Below, in pieces: positions 50,586 to 63,006 of a stretch of DNA of 64,000 bases. The notes under the pieces were generated by a model that was not told the DNA's origin, made no database searches, and saw only the letters and a program-made list of their open reading frames with translations. The translations under genes and the position numbers were made by a program. This DNA is from Euprymna scolopes (taxonomy: Eukaryota): NCBI GenBank assembly GCA_053919585.1, contig CM132790.1; one strand, written 5' to 3'. The number at the start of each line of letters is the position of its first letter. Position 1 is the stretch's first letter.

Positions 50586-50885
50586 TCTATTATCATACTA
50601 AAAGTCGGAATTTGTTTGTCATTGTCTTAAATGTTAACGTGATGGCGTTATTTCTAGTAAACTTTTCAAACTTAACGACTAAGGCTGGAAAGTTATATTT
50701 TTGTTCTCGATTCTAGCTGATACCACCCGCCAGTCATATTGTTTAAATCTTTTGCAATTCCAACTATATGTTGTACACAATATTTTAATCAATTGGAAAT
50801 TGGCTTTCAAATTATAAATACATCTGTATGAATTAAAATATATTTAAACGTATTTTACGACCGAACGACACCGAAGGGGCACTAA
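50586..50885 (+). mobile_element. Possible short degraded Helitron-like element
   Basis: A|TCTATTATCATACTAAAA...TTTGTTTGTC 5' end; GC-rich segment and CTAA|T at the 3' end. Confidence 0.35.
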
Positions 50886-51639
50886 TATATATATATTGGG
50901 TTCAATATAATAACTAATAGTGAATTTGCTCTATAATAATAAAAACGAAATCTGCATACATTAAAATATCACCTTTATGCGTAGTTTATGACCGAGCAAC
51001 GCTGGACGGCCATAACTTATTGGTAACAGAACAAATGGCAAGTAGTAGAAAGAGAACTAGATAGACCCTTTACATTTGTACTGTGATCTCTTGCACTAGG
51101 CTGTCGTCAGCTGCGACCAAAGATCAGAGTTCATTGAAGGACAAATAAATATTAATAAAGAATTTGTAACAACTGTTGCAGTAAGAAGAAGAAAACGAAA
51201 AATAATTACTTTCGTGAATGCAGGAAGTAAGTTTTAAAATGAAGAAGCAAGAATATTTGCCGACGCAAACCATTTTATAACATAGTCAATGACACGAGAT
51301 CTCTCAGGGGTTAAATGATATCCCATTAGTATAAAACCAATCACAAAGAAAGATGTTTTAATATGCCTTTCTAAACCAGATTATACTTAAGGCAAGTGTA
51401 AGTTTTTCTAATAATTAGGAATTTTATTTTCATCGATCCATAACACCATATTTAATGTAATTAGTAATGTGTACAGTTTGTATCACAATATTTAGTACGA
51501 AAATTAGAGCAGAATCATACTAGTATATAAAATAAGTCCGTGTAGATGTAAAAAGAATAGACGCAAAATAAAATTTGGAGAATAAGCCCTGAGACAATTT
51601 ATAAAGATATGTGAAATAAAATAATGAGATTTAGGAAAA

Positions 51640-52260
51640 ATGTAAATACATTGAGGACATTGCGAAGGCTGCTGCAAAGAAAGTGGATTCTCTCTATCGA
51701 TCAAGAAGACTACTTACACCTGAGAGTATACTGTACTTCACCATTTGCCCATGCATGGAGTATTGTTACCACATCTGCGCTGGTGCATCTGCCATTAGCC
51801 TTTCCATCTTGGATACGGTCCAAAAGGAGTTTTCAAGCTAATAGGTCCTACTTTGTCGACTAACTCCAGTCCCTGTTCCATCGCCGCAGAGTTGCATCTC
51901 TGTGTCGGTTTTGCAAATAGTTTAATGGAATGTGCTCTGATGAACTCATTGCACTTGTGCCTCTTAAACGCACATATTCCTGACAAACTCGCTTAGCAAC
52001 AAATTATTACCCCTTCGCTCTTACAATCCCTAAATGCCAGAACGTTTTCTACTATAGTAGTTTCTTTCCTCGAACAGCTAGACTTTCGAATTCCTTTTCT
52101 GGTACCTGCTTTACTTATTTTACTGATCTGCAGAAGCTTAAGTGTAATGTAAACAAATATCTTGTTAATATTTCCTAGGCGTGATCTCAAATAGTAGCCC
52201 CTTACGTCCAAGCGGTGATATACCTTGCTCGAGGTGAACATGAGTTATAAAATAAAAAAA
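51640..52260 (+). mobile_element. Jockey/CR1-like LINE 3' fragment (plus strand)
   Basis: ICPCMEYCYHICAGASA..LSILDTVQK RT C-terminal motif; A-rich tail at ~52250. Confidence 0.8.
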
Positions 52261-52454
52261 ATAAGCCGAAGTAAAAAAAGTAACAGATGAAGGTTTATAA
52301 AAACAAAGAAAAAAAGAAAAGCAAGTAAAAGAACCAAAAAATAAGAGGACTATTAACTAAAATAAGAGGAAGAATACAATAATAATGAGGAGGGGCATAT
52401 AAATGTCAAGCAGCGGTAAACAAAAATAACAGAATTAACAAAATGAAAGTAAAA

Positions 52455-53339
52455 AAGGGCGTTCTAAAAATAATTCCTCCTATTTTTATATCCTTTATCT
52501 TTTTTGTTCGAATGGATCGAAGGGATTGCTAAATTGCATTGTTGTATTGATAAAACTCTTGCATTCATGACCTAAAAGCTTCATCTCCTTTTTGCAGATC
52601 CTGACGGTGTGACTCTCTAAGAAAGCAACCCCCATGTATGGACGTGTCTCAGAAGCAGACATGCGTCATTGAATTCCTGAAAAACACATTGACAATGATA
52701 GTGCCTCTGTTTTGACTTGTGATGACAAGCGGGTACTTTACGACAACCGGCGACGCTCAGCTCGGTGTTAGACACCGACGAAGCTCCATGACACTTCTCG
52801 AAGGCAGAGGTGCACCAAAATAAGGCCATGCTGACTGTTTGGTAGTCTGCGACCGGTCTCACCCCTTATCGTTTTTTGAATAAAGGCGAAACCATTACAA
52901 CGGGGAAGTAGTCAACAAATGGGTGAAATACATCAGAAACTTCGACAACAACAGAAAAGACCCAATTATCCTCCACAACAATACCCGACCATACGTTGTT
53001 AAACAGAACCTGCAGAAGTTGAGCGAATTGGGCTAAGAAACTCTGCCCCATCCACCATACTTTCCAAACTTCTCACCTACTGACTATCCCTTTTTCAAGC
53101 ACCTCGAACAGTTTCTGGGTGAGAAATACCTTTAAAACCTAAATGATATAAAAAATGCCGTTTGCAACTTCATCGCCACCAGAATGCAAGATTTTTACGT
53201 TACGTTACACTTGTTTTGCATTGGCAAAAGTGTGCTAATTCTGATTGTACTTATTCTGATCAATAAAGTTTTTTGGAGCCGAGAAATGTTCATCTGAATT
53301 TAAAAGTTAACTACCACAAAATTTTCATGTCAACCTGAA
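52455..53339 (+). mobile_element. Degraded mariner transposon(s)
   Basis: VLTCDDKRVLYDNRRRSAR...HQNKAMLTVW; PIILHNNTRPYV..NLQKLSELG*ETLPHPPYFPNFSPTDYPFFKHL (Hsmar1/cecropia-like DD34D domain). TIR-like TTTCATGTCAACCTGA at ~53323-53338. Confidence 0.88.
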
Positions 53340-53677
53340 AGAATTGATAAAAATAATTCACAGAAATGACAGATATATAAGAGAAAGTAAGACTTAATTA
53401 ATGCATGTGCAAGAAAAAGAGCGAATGCAATAACAAGCGAATAAAAGTGTGAATACGGAAAGTTAATATATAAAAAGTAAAGAATAAAAATAATGAAGAG
53501 AGAAGAAAAACCAGCTAAAATCAAATTACGAATCAAAGAAAGAACAAATATGAACAAATAATGTAATAGAAGAAAAAATGAAATGATGAATGAAAGATAA
53601 ACTTGATACGTGTGAAAAGACGGAAACTAAATAAAAGTAAACAAGGATGCAGACAGAAAAGGAAAACACTGTAGCCA

Positions 53678-53793
53678 AAGGTGTGTTTTAAAGGGTTGTA
53701 GACAGCACAAGAACAGTCTTCCTTCTGAAAATTCAAATATTTCCGATTTACACAAAATCTGTTCTACATCTATTGAACATCAATTAAAAAAAA
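53678..53793. repeat. 116-bp dispersed direct repeat, second copy at 58605-58720
   Basis: Two mismatches by eye. Confidence 0.95.
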
Positions 53794-54299
53794 TCCATAA
53801 ATACGAACAAAAAATAAAATAAAATGGAAACAACAAATGCATCCACGAAAAAAAAAAATGAAAAGTGAAACATTTTGTATTCTTTTTATGATTATTTTAT
53901 AACAGTTTTTCTTGTTTTTATATTTATAGCATTTCTTTTAACGTTTTGTTGTATAAGCAGATGTCGAATTTCTGTTAGTTTTTGATAAAGCGTAAATGCC
54001 ACTGTCAAGGGAGATTGGTCAACTAAAAGCAATATGAACCCAGTCTTATCCTTTTGACCGAGATAAATGACAATTACGCCTTTACAAATGTGCGTTTTCT
54101 GTTTAATGAAAGCTTTTACGTGTATGATCTTGAATGTGTTTGATTATAATTTCGTTGTCGCATTGTTGAAAGCATTTACTTGTCATATTCATTGCAAATT
54201 TAATCGAAATCTGATCAAGATGGTTTTTTGAACGCCATACGAATAAAACGTTCTAAACACACATAAACACGTTATCATCATCACCATCATCATCATCTC

Positions 54300-54520
54300 G
54301 CATGATTTCCAATATTCTATTGTTGGCATTGGTTTCCCTGATATTTTTTTAGTAAGAAATCTTTCTCGAAAGACATAAGGTACTTACAAGAGGGGCAACG
54401 TGAACGGTTGCCAACATCCTAAGCGACAGTGATTTTTGTGGAACCAACGGGCCAACTGGATTTGAACTTTGAACATTTAGGTTACTCGTCTGTGTCGTTA
54501 ACCACTTGACCACGATCACC
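54300..54520 (-). mobile_element. tRNA-derived SINE-like element
   Basis: Minus-strand A box TGGTCAAGTGG and B box AGTTCAAATCC at tRNA-like spacing; no convincing cloverleaf. Confidence 0.55.
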
Positions 54521-54649
54521 TTCCAACATACACACACATACATACATATATATATGTGTGTGTGTGTCTGTGTGTGTGTGTGTGTGTGTTAGCGAATTTA
54601 CCCGTTCACGCCGAGATTTTCAACCATTTTTTTTTGTGTCCGTCATTTT

Positions 54650-55680
54650 AATTCAATTATTTTATAGAAATCCCTCGAGACAAGGCATAAAGCAACTTGA
54701 CGTTAGAAGCCTACTGTAAACCTCTTAATTATAGTCTTGGTTTTCCAATATTAAGATATGCCATAATCATCTTTCGTTCTTGTTAGCATCTTACATCAAG
54801 TGGCTTCACGCCTTGCTTAGAGCAATTTTCATAAAAAAGTAATAGGTTCCGTTTAGAAAATATTTTGAATCAGTCTTTGAGAGTTTTTTTTTTTTTAAGC
54901 AAAGAGAAAATCTTCTAAAATTTAGTTGATTTTTCATCTTTTATTCCCATACTAGCATATTTTTCTATTTACTTGACTTCGATTTTTATGAGCTATATCC
55001 CAAACCGGCTAACATTTGTTTATTGTTTGCATTTATCATACCCAGTTAAAAAGTTATTTCTTGTAAACTACCAAATAAACTTTTTGACGCATTTTTTCAT
55101 GGTGTTTGATTTCGGTTTACTATCAATCAAGGTTTTAATATGCCTTGAAAAGATTGTATTTGTCGCCTTTATGGAAAATGGAATTTTTTAGTACGACACA
55201 ATCTTAATATTCTCTTCTTAAAAATTAGTTGACGGACTTTTTAAATTCACTTTATGTAAAACACGTTTTGTTGTCTAAAATAATATATTCATCGACCCCG
55301 AACCAGGCAGACAATGCATGCCATCACACTATAAGATTAAAAAATTACTTTTGTTGTGTTGGTACATTTGAATATTTCCGGATATTTTGAGAAGTTTTTC
55401 CCAACCGTTAAGTAAAAGAAACCATTCAGCAGACTAGTAGAATTTATGAGAAACCTAAAGCACAGTTAGTAACTTTCGTATACAACTTTTCATTATATTT
55501 CGCATTTAGTTCAACAACATTTTCAATGTCTTTCTTTATAATTGTCTTAAATAGTTATTTATAATTGTTTATTCTCGAAATTCCCGAGTGATCGATCCAT
55601 TTAGCATTATTTTCTGTAATGCTGCCAAAATAATCACTTGATTACTTTACTTTACTAGTCAATGGATACACTGCCGAAAT
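54650..55680 (-). pseudogene. Possible highly eroded Mutator-like/Kolobok-type transposase
   Basis: Motif traces in the expected order: LTSKV...DYFGSITENN; HCLPGSGS; EVYSRLL....PCLEGFL*NN. Confidence 0.3.
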
Positions 55681-56624
55681 TTTTCAGTGTTCAACTTTTT
55701 TTTTACATTTTATGTTTTTAATCCCATTTTCGTTTCTTTCTTTAATTGTGACCAGACGTTTCCTGATGTATAATCAAATAAAATGGCATGTTAAAAAAAC
55801 ATGTTTAAATCCAAGACCCACCGAAACCTAGCCAATTTATCTCCTCCCTTGGGACCCGCATTCACAACTGATTTAACAATTTATTTGTGCACTTGCAGGT
55901 CAAATGATCAGACGAAGTATAAATTCCACTAACTTACCTCAGAAGTGCATGCCCCGCTAGCTGACATCCATCATAAAAGTAAACATCCGAATATGAATCA
56001 TACTTTATGCTTCGCCAGATTATGTGACCTTCATGGGTTCAAATCCGCTCATTATCCTCAGAATCGTTTTCGTAAGTCGATGATGGTTGCGTACGTATTA
56101 CTAATCGGAGTTATTTTATGTGACGAGACATCCCATCAATTCGTACAGATGGCTCATTAACCACCTCAGTAACACGACCTGTTTCATATGTTGTCAGGAA
56201 GTGCCGCATGGGTTTGAAACCCAAACGACGTATTTTTTATATCCCTATTCAGCTACCTCTGATTCAGGTAGCGGGTAACGTCAACATTTTTCGAACTATG
56301 CTTTGGTTTTAAAGGTTCTACTGCGAATTCTCTCTGTCATGTATTGGAAAAGGCACTGGGCAGAATACGAGATTTAGTTTCCGCTACATACGTTTTAAAT
56401 CGTATGGCGTATGACCTTTGTATACAGCCCGAAATCATCTAATTTACATACGAACGGCGAGAATTACATACATACGAACGGCGTTAATTTGCTGGGCTGT
56501 TACAGATGAAATCATCTACGTGTCGCAATCTTGTTTTTTTTTTTTTATATTGTCCAGCAACTGGACTCTACAAAACACGCAAACACATGGGCGTTTCTTA
56601 GGTAATACATTTTCACACTCACTA

Positions 56625-56625
<1 letters not shown>

Positions 56626-56697
<72 letters not shown>
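56626..56697. repeat. (TTA)n microsatellite
   Basis: Directly visible. Confidence 0.97.
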
Positions 56698-57711
56698 TGA
56701 AAAGATAGTTATTCTTTTATTCGCAATAGACTTAGTTTTTTCGGACGTACCTGTTTCCGTTTCGAAATTCATGTCAACGTCCCTACTGATTATGGCGAAA
56801 TTATTTTTCAATCTACCCGTTCACATTATTCTGTGGGTTTATGTCACTTTAAGTGATGATATGAAATAATTTTATTCAATTGCAGAGATCACATTATTAT
56901 TAACATCCCGTTCGGTCGCTTTCTTCATTATAGAATATAAATAGCTGTGCAATTCCTCTCATTACAGGTGAATGATTTAAGCGCTGCATCGCTCTCAGTT
57001 CGGTCTATTCTTGTGTTTATTAAATACTCCTTTGATCGCTGTTCTTTTCGCTCTGTGTCATACGTTCAATTTATTCAAAATGGAGCTGAAATAATTTCAT
57101 TAAATTAGTTCATACAAACAACAACAATGAATCAGAAGAGCCTAACGTATACATACAGGTTATAAAATCTAAGTTTCTCCTGTAGAGTATAAAACGGTAT
57201 TTATATAGTGTTGCACACACTTTTTGCTACCTAGACATATTACATAACTGATTAAGTCCAGAGTCTGGCTCATATATAACACTAGTAATAAGAAAAATCG
57301 ATATGGGTTTAATAAGTCCATGATATTCAAATGTCATATCAAACTTTAAGCTAAACTGGATTATTAGTTTACAAAATACAGTTATTTAGGTAAATCTTCT
57401 GAATTTCCTGTGCAAAGATTTCTGATAGAAAATATTATTCAAGTGCAGCAGTGACTGAAGAAGTTCTATTCGAACACTGATCAATATAGGCAAGGTGTGT
57501 ATGTGCGTAGTTTGACAACATGTTTCCATTCAGGTATATGTAATGGATTTTCCTTGTTTTATTAGTCTTTTTCAAAAACTTTTTTTTCCGACGAGACTAA
57601 TTAGCATTTCTTGTACAATATGTGTCTTTTATTTCTCGAGTAGTTAAGACTTTCGCATCAAATCATAATAGGGATTGGTTGGGCTTAATGTTTTTACATC
57701 TTTTCATAGTT

Positions 57712-58472
57712 TTTACATATTTTCATTTTTACAGTTTGGTTTGTAACGTTTTACATCTTTTCATTTTTTCAGTTTGGTTTGTAACGTTTTACATCTTTTC
57801 ATTTTTACAGTTTGGTTTGTAACGTGTTGCATCTTTTCATTTTTACAGTTGGGTTTGTAAGGTTTTACATCTTTTCATGTTTATAGTTTTGTATGTAACG
57901 TTTTACATCTTTTTATTTTTATAGTTTGGTTTGTAACGTTTTACATCTTTTCATTTTTATAGCTTTGTTTGTAACGTTTTACATCTTTTCATTTTTACAG
58001 TTTGGTTTGTAACGTTTTACATCTTTTTATTTTTACAGTTTGGTTTGAAACGTTTTACATCTTTTCATTTTTACAGTTTCGTTTGTAACGTTTTACATCT
58101 TTTAATTTTTACAGTTTAGTTTGTAACGTTTTATATCCTTTCATTTTTATAGCTTTTTTGTAACGTTTTACATCTTTTTATTTTTACAGTTTGGTTTGTA
58201 ACGTTTTACATCTTTTCATTTTTATAGCTTTGTTTGTAACGTTTTACATCTTTTCATTTTTACAGTTTGGTTTGTAACGTTTTATATCTTTTCATTTTTA
58301 CAGTTTGGTTTGTAACGTTTTATATCTTTTCATTTTTACAGTTTAGTTTGTAACGTTTTACATCTTTTAATTTTTACAGTTTGGTTTGTAACGTTTTACA
58401 TCTTTTCATTTTAACAGTTTGGTTTGTAACTTTTTACATCTTTCCATTTTTACAGTTTGGTTTGTAACGTTT
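57712..58472. repeat. Minisatellite of ~20 x 38-bp units
   Basis: Consensus TTTACATCTTTTCATTTTTACAGTTTGGTTTGTAACGT with scattered variants. Confidence 0.97.
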
Positions 58473-59244
58473 TAGGAGCATCTATACTAATGACATAGTA
58501 CATACGAACATAATAAGATATGTATGTTAAATGTAAGGCCTTTAAAAATACCACTTACGTAATTTATCGTATTAGTTGGGCATCAATTAATGATAAATTG
58601 CTTGAAGGTGTGTTTTAAAGGGTTGTAGACAGCACAAGAACAGTCTTCCTTTTGAAAATTCAAATATTTCCGATTTACACAAAATCTGCTCTACATCTAT
58701 TGAACATCAATTAAAAAAAATTCCACAAATTTTATTTTATTCTTTGGTTTAAGTTTTACATTTTTAACTTTTTTTGCAAAAGTTAAAATCATTTAATGAA
58801 TTTTGTATAACACTCTGAATATAAATTATAGACATAAATATCATAGCGTGATTGTGATTTGTATCTTATTAGTCATGATATAATGTTAGCATTGTGAGGT
58901 ATTCAATGATCGGTTCATTTGTTTAGGATTTAATCCCGTACAAACAAATATATAAACACGTACAGGATATAACGATTTCTTTATAAACATAAACATGAGT
59001 TATTCAGCATGTGTGTATTTAATACTGTCTTTCTATGCTTAACATAAAATATATTTCGATAGTTTTGCAGTATATTATAGTAGTAATTATAATAGTCATN
59101 NNNNNNNNNNNNNNNNNNNNNNNNNNNNNNNNNNNNNNNNNNNNNNNNNNNNNNNNNNNNNNNNNNNNNNNNNNNNNNNNNNNNNNNNNNNNNNNNNNNN
59201 NNNNNNNNNNNNNNNNNNNNNNNNNNNNNNNNNNNNNNNNNNNN

Positions 59245-62200
59245 AACACAAAACAAATAATAGAGTTTATGAACTAAAAAAAAACAAAGCTCCCATCATT
59301 AGGGACCAAGAGCAGAAGAAATTAAAAATGAAAACAGAGAAAGTTAACAAGCTCCTCCCACACGTCTAAACAATTTAATTTACTAAGGCACCAAGATCGT
59401 AAGTATAAAGTTCAAAACAGTAAAACAGCCATGGAATAATGGACCGACAAAACTTGGATGGAAATGAGGCTAGAAAACCAAATCAACAAACATAAAAAGA
59501 AGCCAAAATGATAAACAGGAAGAAAGCGACATGGAGAAAATTGAAAATTGGAAATGTGACCATAATCAAGAAACAGGAAGATCTGAATAAAGAAAATAGC
59601 AGCAAAATAAGGGCGACCGAGATTATATAGATTCAAATCAGAACAATGCAAGCAAAACAGGACATTTGAAAATAATGAAAGGCAATTCTACCAAAACGTG
59701 AACGGAGGAAAAACAAAAACAGAATGACCAAACATAGCAGAAACAAAACTCTAGTCAGATATGGGGAGAACGAGAGGAACATAACAGAAATGACGAATGG
59801 CTGAAAGACATGAAAGAAGAGCTACAACAAATCGAAGGACGGTGAATGAAATCATCAATGAAACTCTAAAGAAAACCATACGAAAAATGGCTAACTAGAG
59901 AGCACCAGAGCACGACGGAATACATGCATACTGGTTCAAAATAACTCACAACGCAACACGAAAGACTAGCCAAAACATGAGAAGATGTATACAAGAAACA
60001 AACGTGACAGATTGGATGACAAAAGACAAAACTACACTGATACAGAAGGACACAGGGAGAAGAACCGCCCCCAGCAAGTATAGGTTTATCACGTGCTTAC
60101 CCACTATGTGGAAAATATTAACAGCACAACTGACGGAACCAATCTACCACTCCTTAATTATCGTGGAGTTCTCCCCGAGGAACAGAAAGGATGCCAGAAA
60201 GGAAAGAGAAGAACACATGATAGATCATAAGATCCTAAAGGAGATAAACAGAAGGAGAAAGAATTTAGCCATGGCATGGATCGACTACAAAAATGCGTAC
60301 GACAGGATCCCACAAACATGGATAATAGAATGCTTAAAAATGTATAAAATACTAATCAGGATCATCAACGTAATAGAAAATACCATAAAAACATGGAGAC
60401 TGGAATTGACAGCTGATGGACAACACATAACAGAAATTAACATACAAATAGTCATCTTCCAAGCAGACTCACTATCACTATTGCTGTTTATAATAGCCAT
60501 GGTACACCTGAACAATATACTAAGAAAGTGCCAAGCTGGATACAAGTTCTCTTATACAGAGGAAAAAATGAACCACCTAATGTATATAGACGACCTGAAA
60601 CTTTTTGCAAGGATCGAAAAAGTACTGGGGACACTAATAAACACTACCAGGATCTTCAGTCAGGATATCCAAATAGAATTTGGTGCGAAAAAATGCGCAC
60701 TACTAGTTATAAGGAAGGAAAAACTAGAGACATCTGAAGGCATGGAACTACCCAACCAAACGGAGATGGGGGAACTAGGGAACAAGACGCCTATAAATAA
60801 CTGATAGTTCTAGAAGCATACGCCATCAAAGCCAGAGAAATTAAAGAGAGAACTGGAAATAAAAAATCTAATCAGAACAGGAAAACTTCTAGAAACTAAA
60901 TTATATAGCAGAAACCTAATAAAAGGTATAAATACATGGGCAGTATCACTAATAAGATACTAAGGATCGTTCATAGGATGGACCAACTAAGAACTGAGAC
61001 ACCTCGATCAGAAGATCAGAAAACTCATAACCATGCACAATACACTACATCCAAAGGACGATGTTGACCGACTCTACGTGAAAAAGAAAGAGAACTAGTC
61101 TGTATAGAAGACTGTGTGCATGACACAAACAAAAAATAATCTGAAAGATGCATAACGCAGAAGACGAAAGAATTAACATGGCAGCGAAGGACACTGAAAA
61201 AATTGACAAAACAGAAAACAAAGAGATAAAGGACAAGACAAGAAAAGCAAAATGGAAAAAAGCAACTACATGGAAGATTCATAGAGATGACAAAACATTA
61301 GAATACCGAAAACACTTGGACATGGATGCGGAAATGCTGCATACGCCGAGAAACTGAATCTCTAATAACCGCAGCACAAGATAACTCGATGAGAAAAAAC
61401 CATATCAAAACAAAGATCAAGAAAACACAAGAAAACAATAAATGCAGACTCTGTGGGCAAAGAAACGAAAGGATGAATCATTTAGCAAATGAATGCAGCA
61501 AACTGGTCCCAAAATAATACAAGAACAGACACGATTAAGTAAGAAGGGTAGTCCGCTGGGAATTATGCAAACAACTGCATCTCTAACGCACAGACAAGTG
61601 GTACAAACATAAGCTGGCAACAGTACTTGAAAATGAGAATCACATAACCTATGGGAGACGAACTTACAAACTCATAAACCCATCCAAACAAGAAACCAAA
61701 TTTATTAATAATTAACAAGAAACAAAAATCCTGTCAAATCGTAGAATTTGCTTTTCCAGCCGACCACAGTGTGAATATCAAAGAAAAGGAGAAACGGAAC
61801 AAATACACAGAGCTAGCCAGAGAGCTGAAAGGGATATGGAACGTGAAGAAAATCAAAAATATACCTATAAGAGCACTAGGAACAATCCCGAAAAACTTTG
61901 ACGGAGAAATTGGAATCAGAGGAATGGCTGGAAAAATATAAGGAGCAATAATAATGAAAACAGCTTTAATATTAAGGGAAACCCTTTAATGTGGAGACTA
62001 ACACACATGAACCACAAGCGCAGGCCAGACAAACTGCAGCAGGAACAAAACATGAGGCGCTACAGTGAGTCAAGAAAATTAAAGCTGCATACCTATAAGT
62101 TCTCTAACCCCAATCTCCCATAACTACGTCCTTGCCCCGCCCCAAAAAGAATGAAACCGAAGTAGAGTAAAGGAGGAAAGAAAAAACCGAAGAGTGAGCA

Positions 62201-62477
62201 CTGACCAAACCTCCGCTGTATAAGTGCAAACAGAATTGGCCATTCAAATTCCAGTGAAGACAAATGGCCGCTGCCAATGAGAAGTCAATGACAAAGCAGC
62301 TGTTGATATAATGCAAATTTATTTACAAATGTTATCGAAAGAGGTGAAGAGCATTGGAAATCTGGGAATACTTGTTGTCACTCAGCTTCCGGGGAACACC
62401 GCTGAATGTTTTCAATGAGATCTTTGATGGCTAGCGTGAAAGTCCCTTGTGATCCAATAATAATAATAATAATAATG

Positions 62478-62523
<46 letters not shown>
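59245..62523 (+). mobile_element. Dong/R4-like non-LTR retrotransposon (RT, CCHC, RLE), degraded, with a (TAA)n tail
   Basis: RT: YRFITCLPTMWKILT, KNLAMAWIDYKNAYD, IFQADSLSLLLF, HLMYIDDLKLF. Then ETESLITAAQD, KCRLCGQRNERMNHLANEC, RHD, CQIVEFAFPAD...KEKEKRNKY. Ends in (TAA)n at 62457-62523. Confidence 0.92.
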
Positions 62524-62525
<2 letters not shown>

Positions 62526-62931
62526 TCGTAACAGGTGGAAAGTACTGGAAATGACTTGTTATTTAGACTCCAGTTGTTCTCAAAGAGAAATCTTGGGTGA
62601 TAGCCTGTGTGACTACTACTGAGTAAATAATATGCACAACCTACTTTGAATTACATTCATACATACGACTGTTATGAAAGATTAACGTTAAACCCGAGAA
62701 GATGTGCACATGAAACACATACTCGATTGGATGAATAAAGGATCACGTTAAAAATGCAACAAACGTAAAAGGAACTCTCCCAAGTTATTACAGATTAAAT
62801 ACTGTCTTAGCAACCATTTAGAAAAATATTAACGAAAAATATTAACGGATCTATCATCTCTGAATTATACTGTACTGTTCCTAGAGAAAATGAAGGCATG
62901 TTGAAAAACGGAAAGAATTAAACGTAGTCCG

Positions 62932-62932
<1 letters not shown>

Positions 62933-63002
<70 letters not shown>
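62933..63002. repeat. (TA)n-(GA)n compound microsatellite
   Basis: Directly visible. Confidence 0.97.

Positions 63003-63006
<4 letters not shown>

Noticed and set aside
54449-54520. Functional tRNA gene
   Set aside because: A and B boxes are present but the acceptor and anticodon stems do not pair well; more likely a SINE head.
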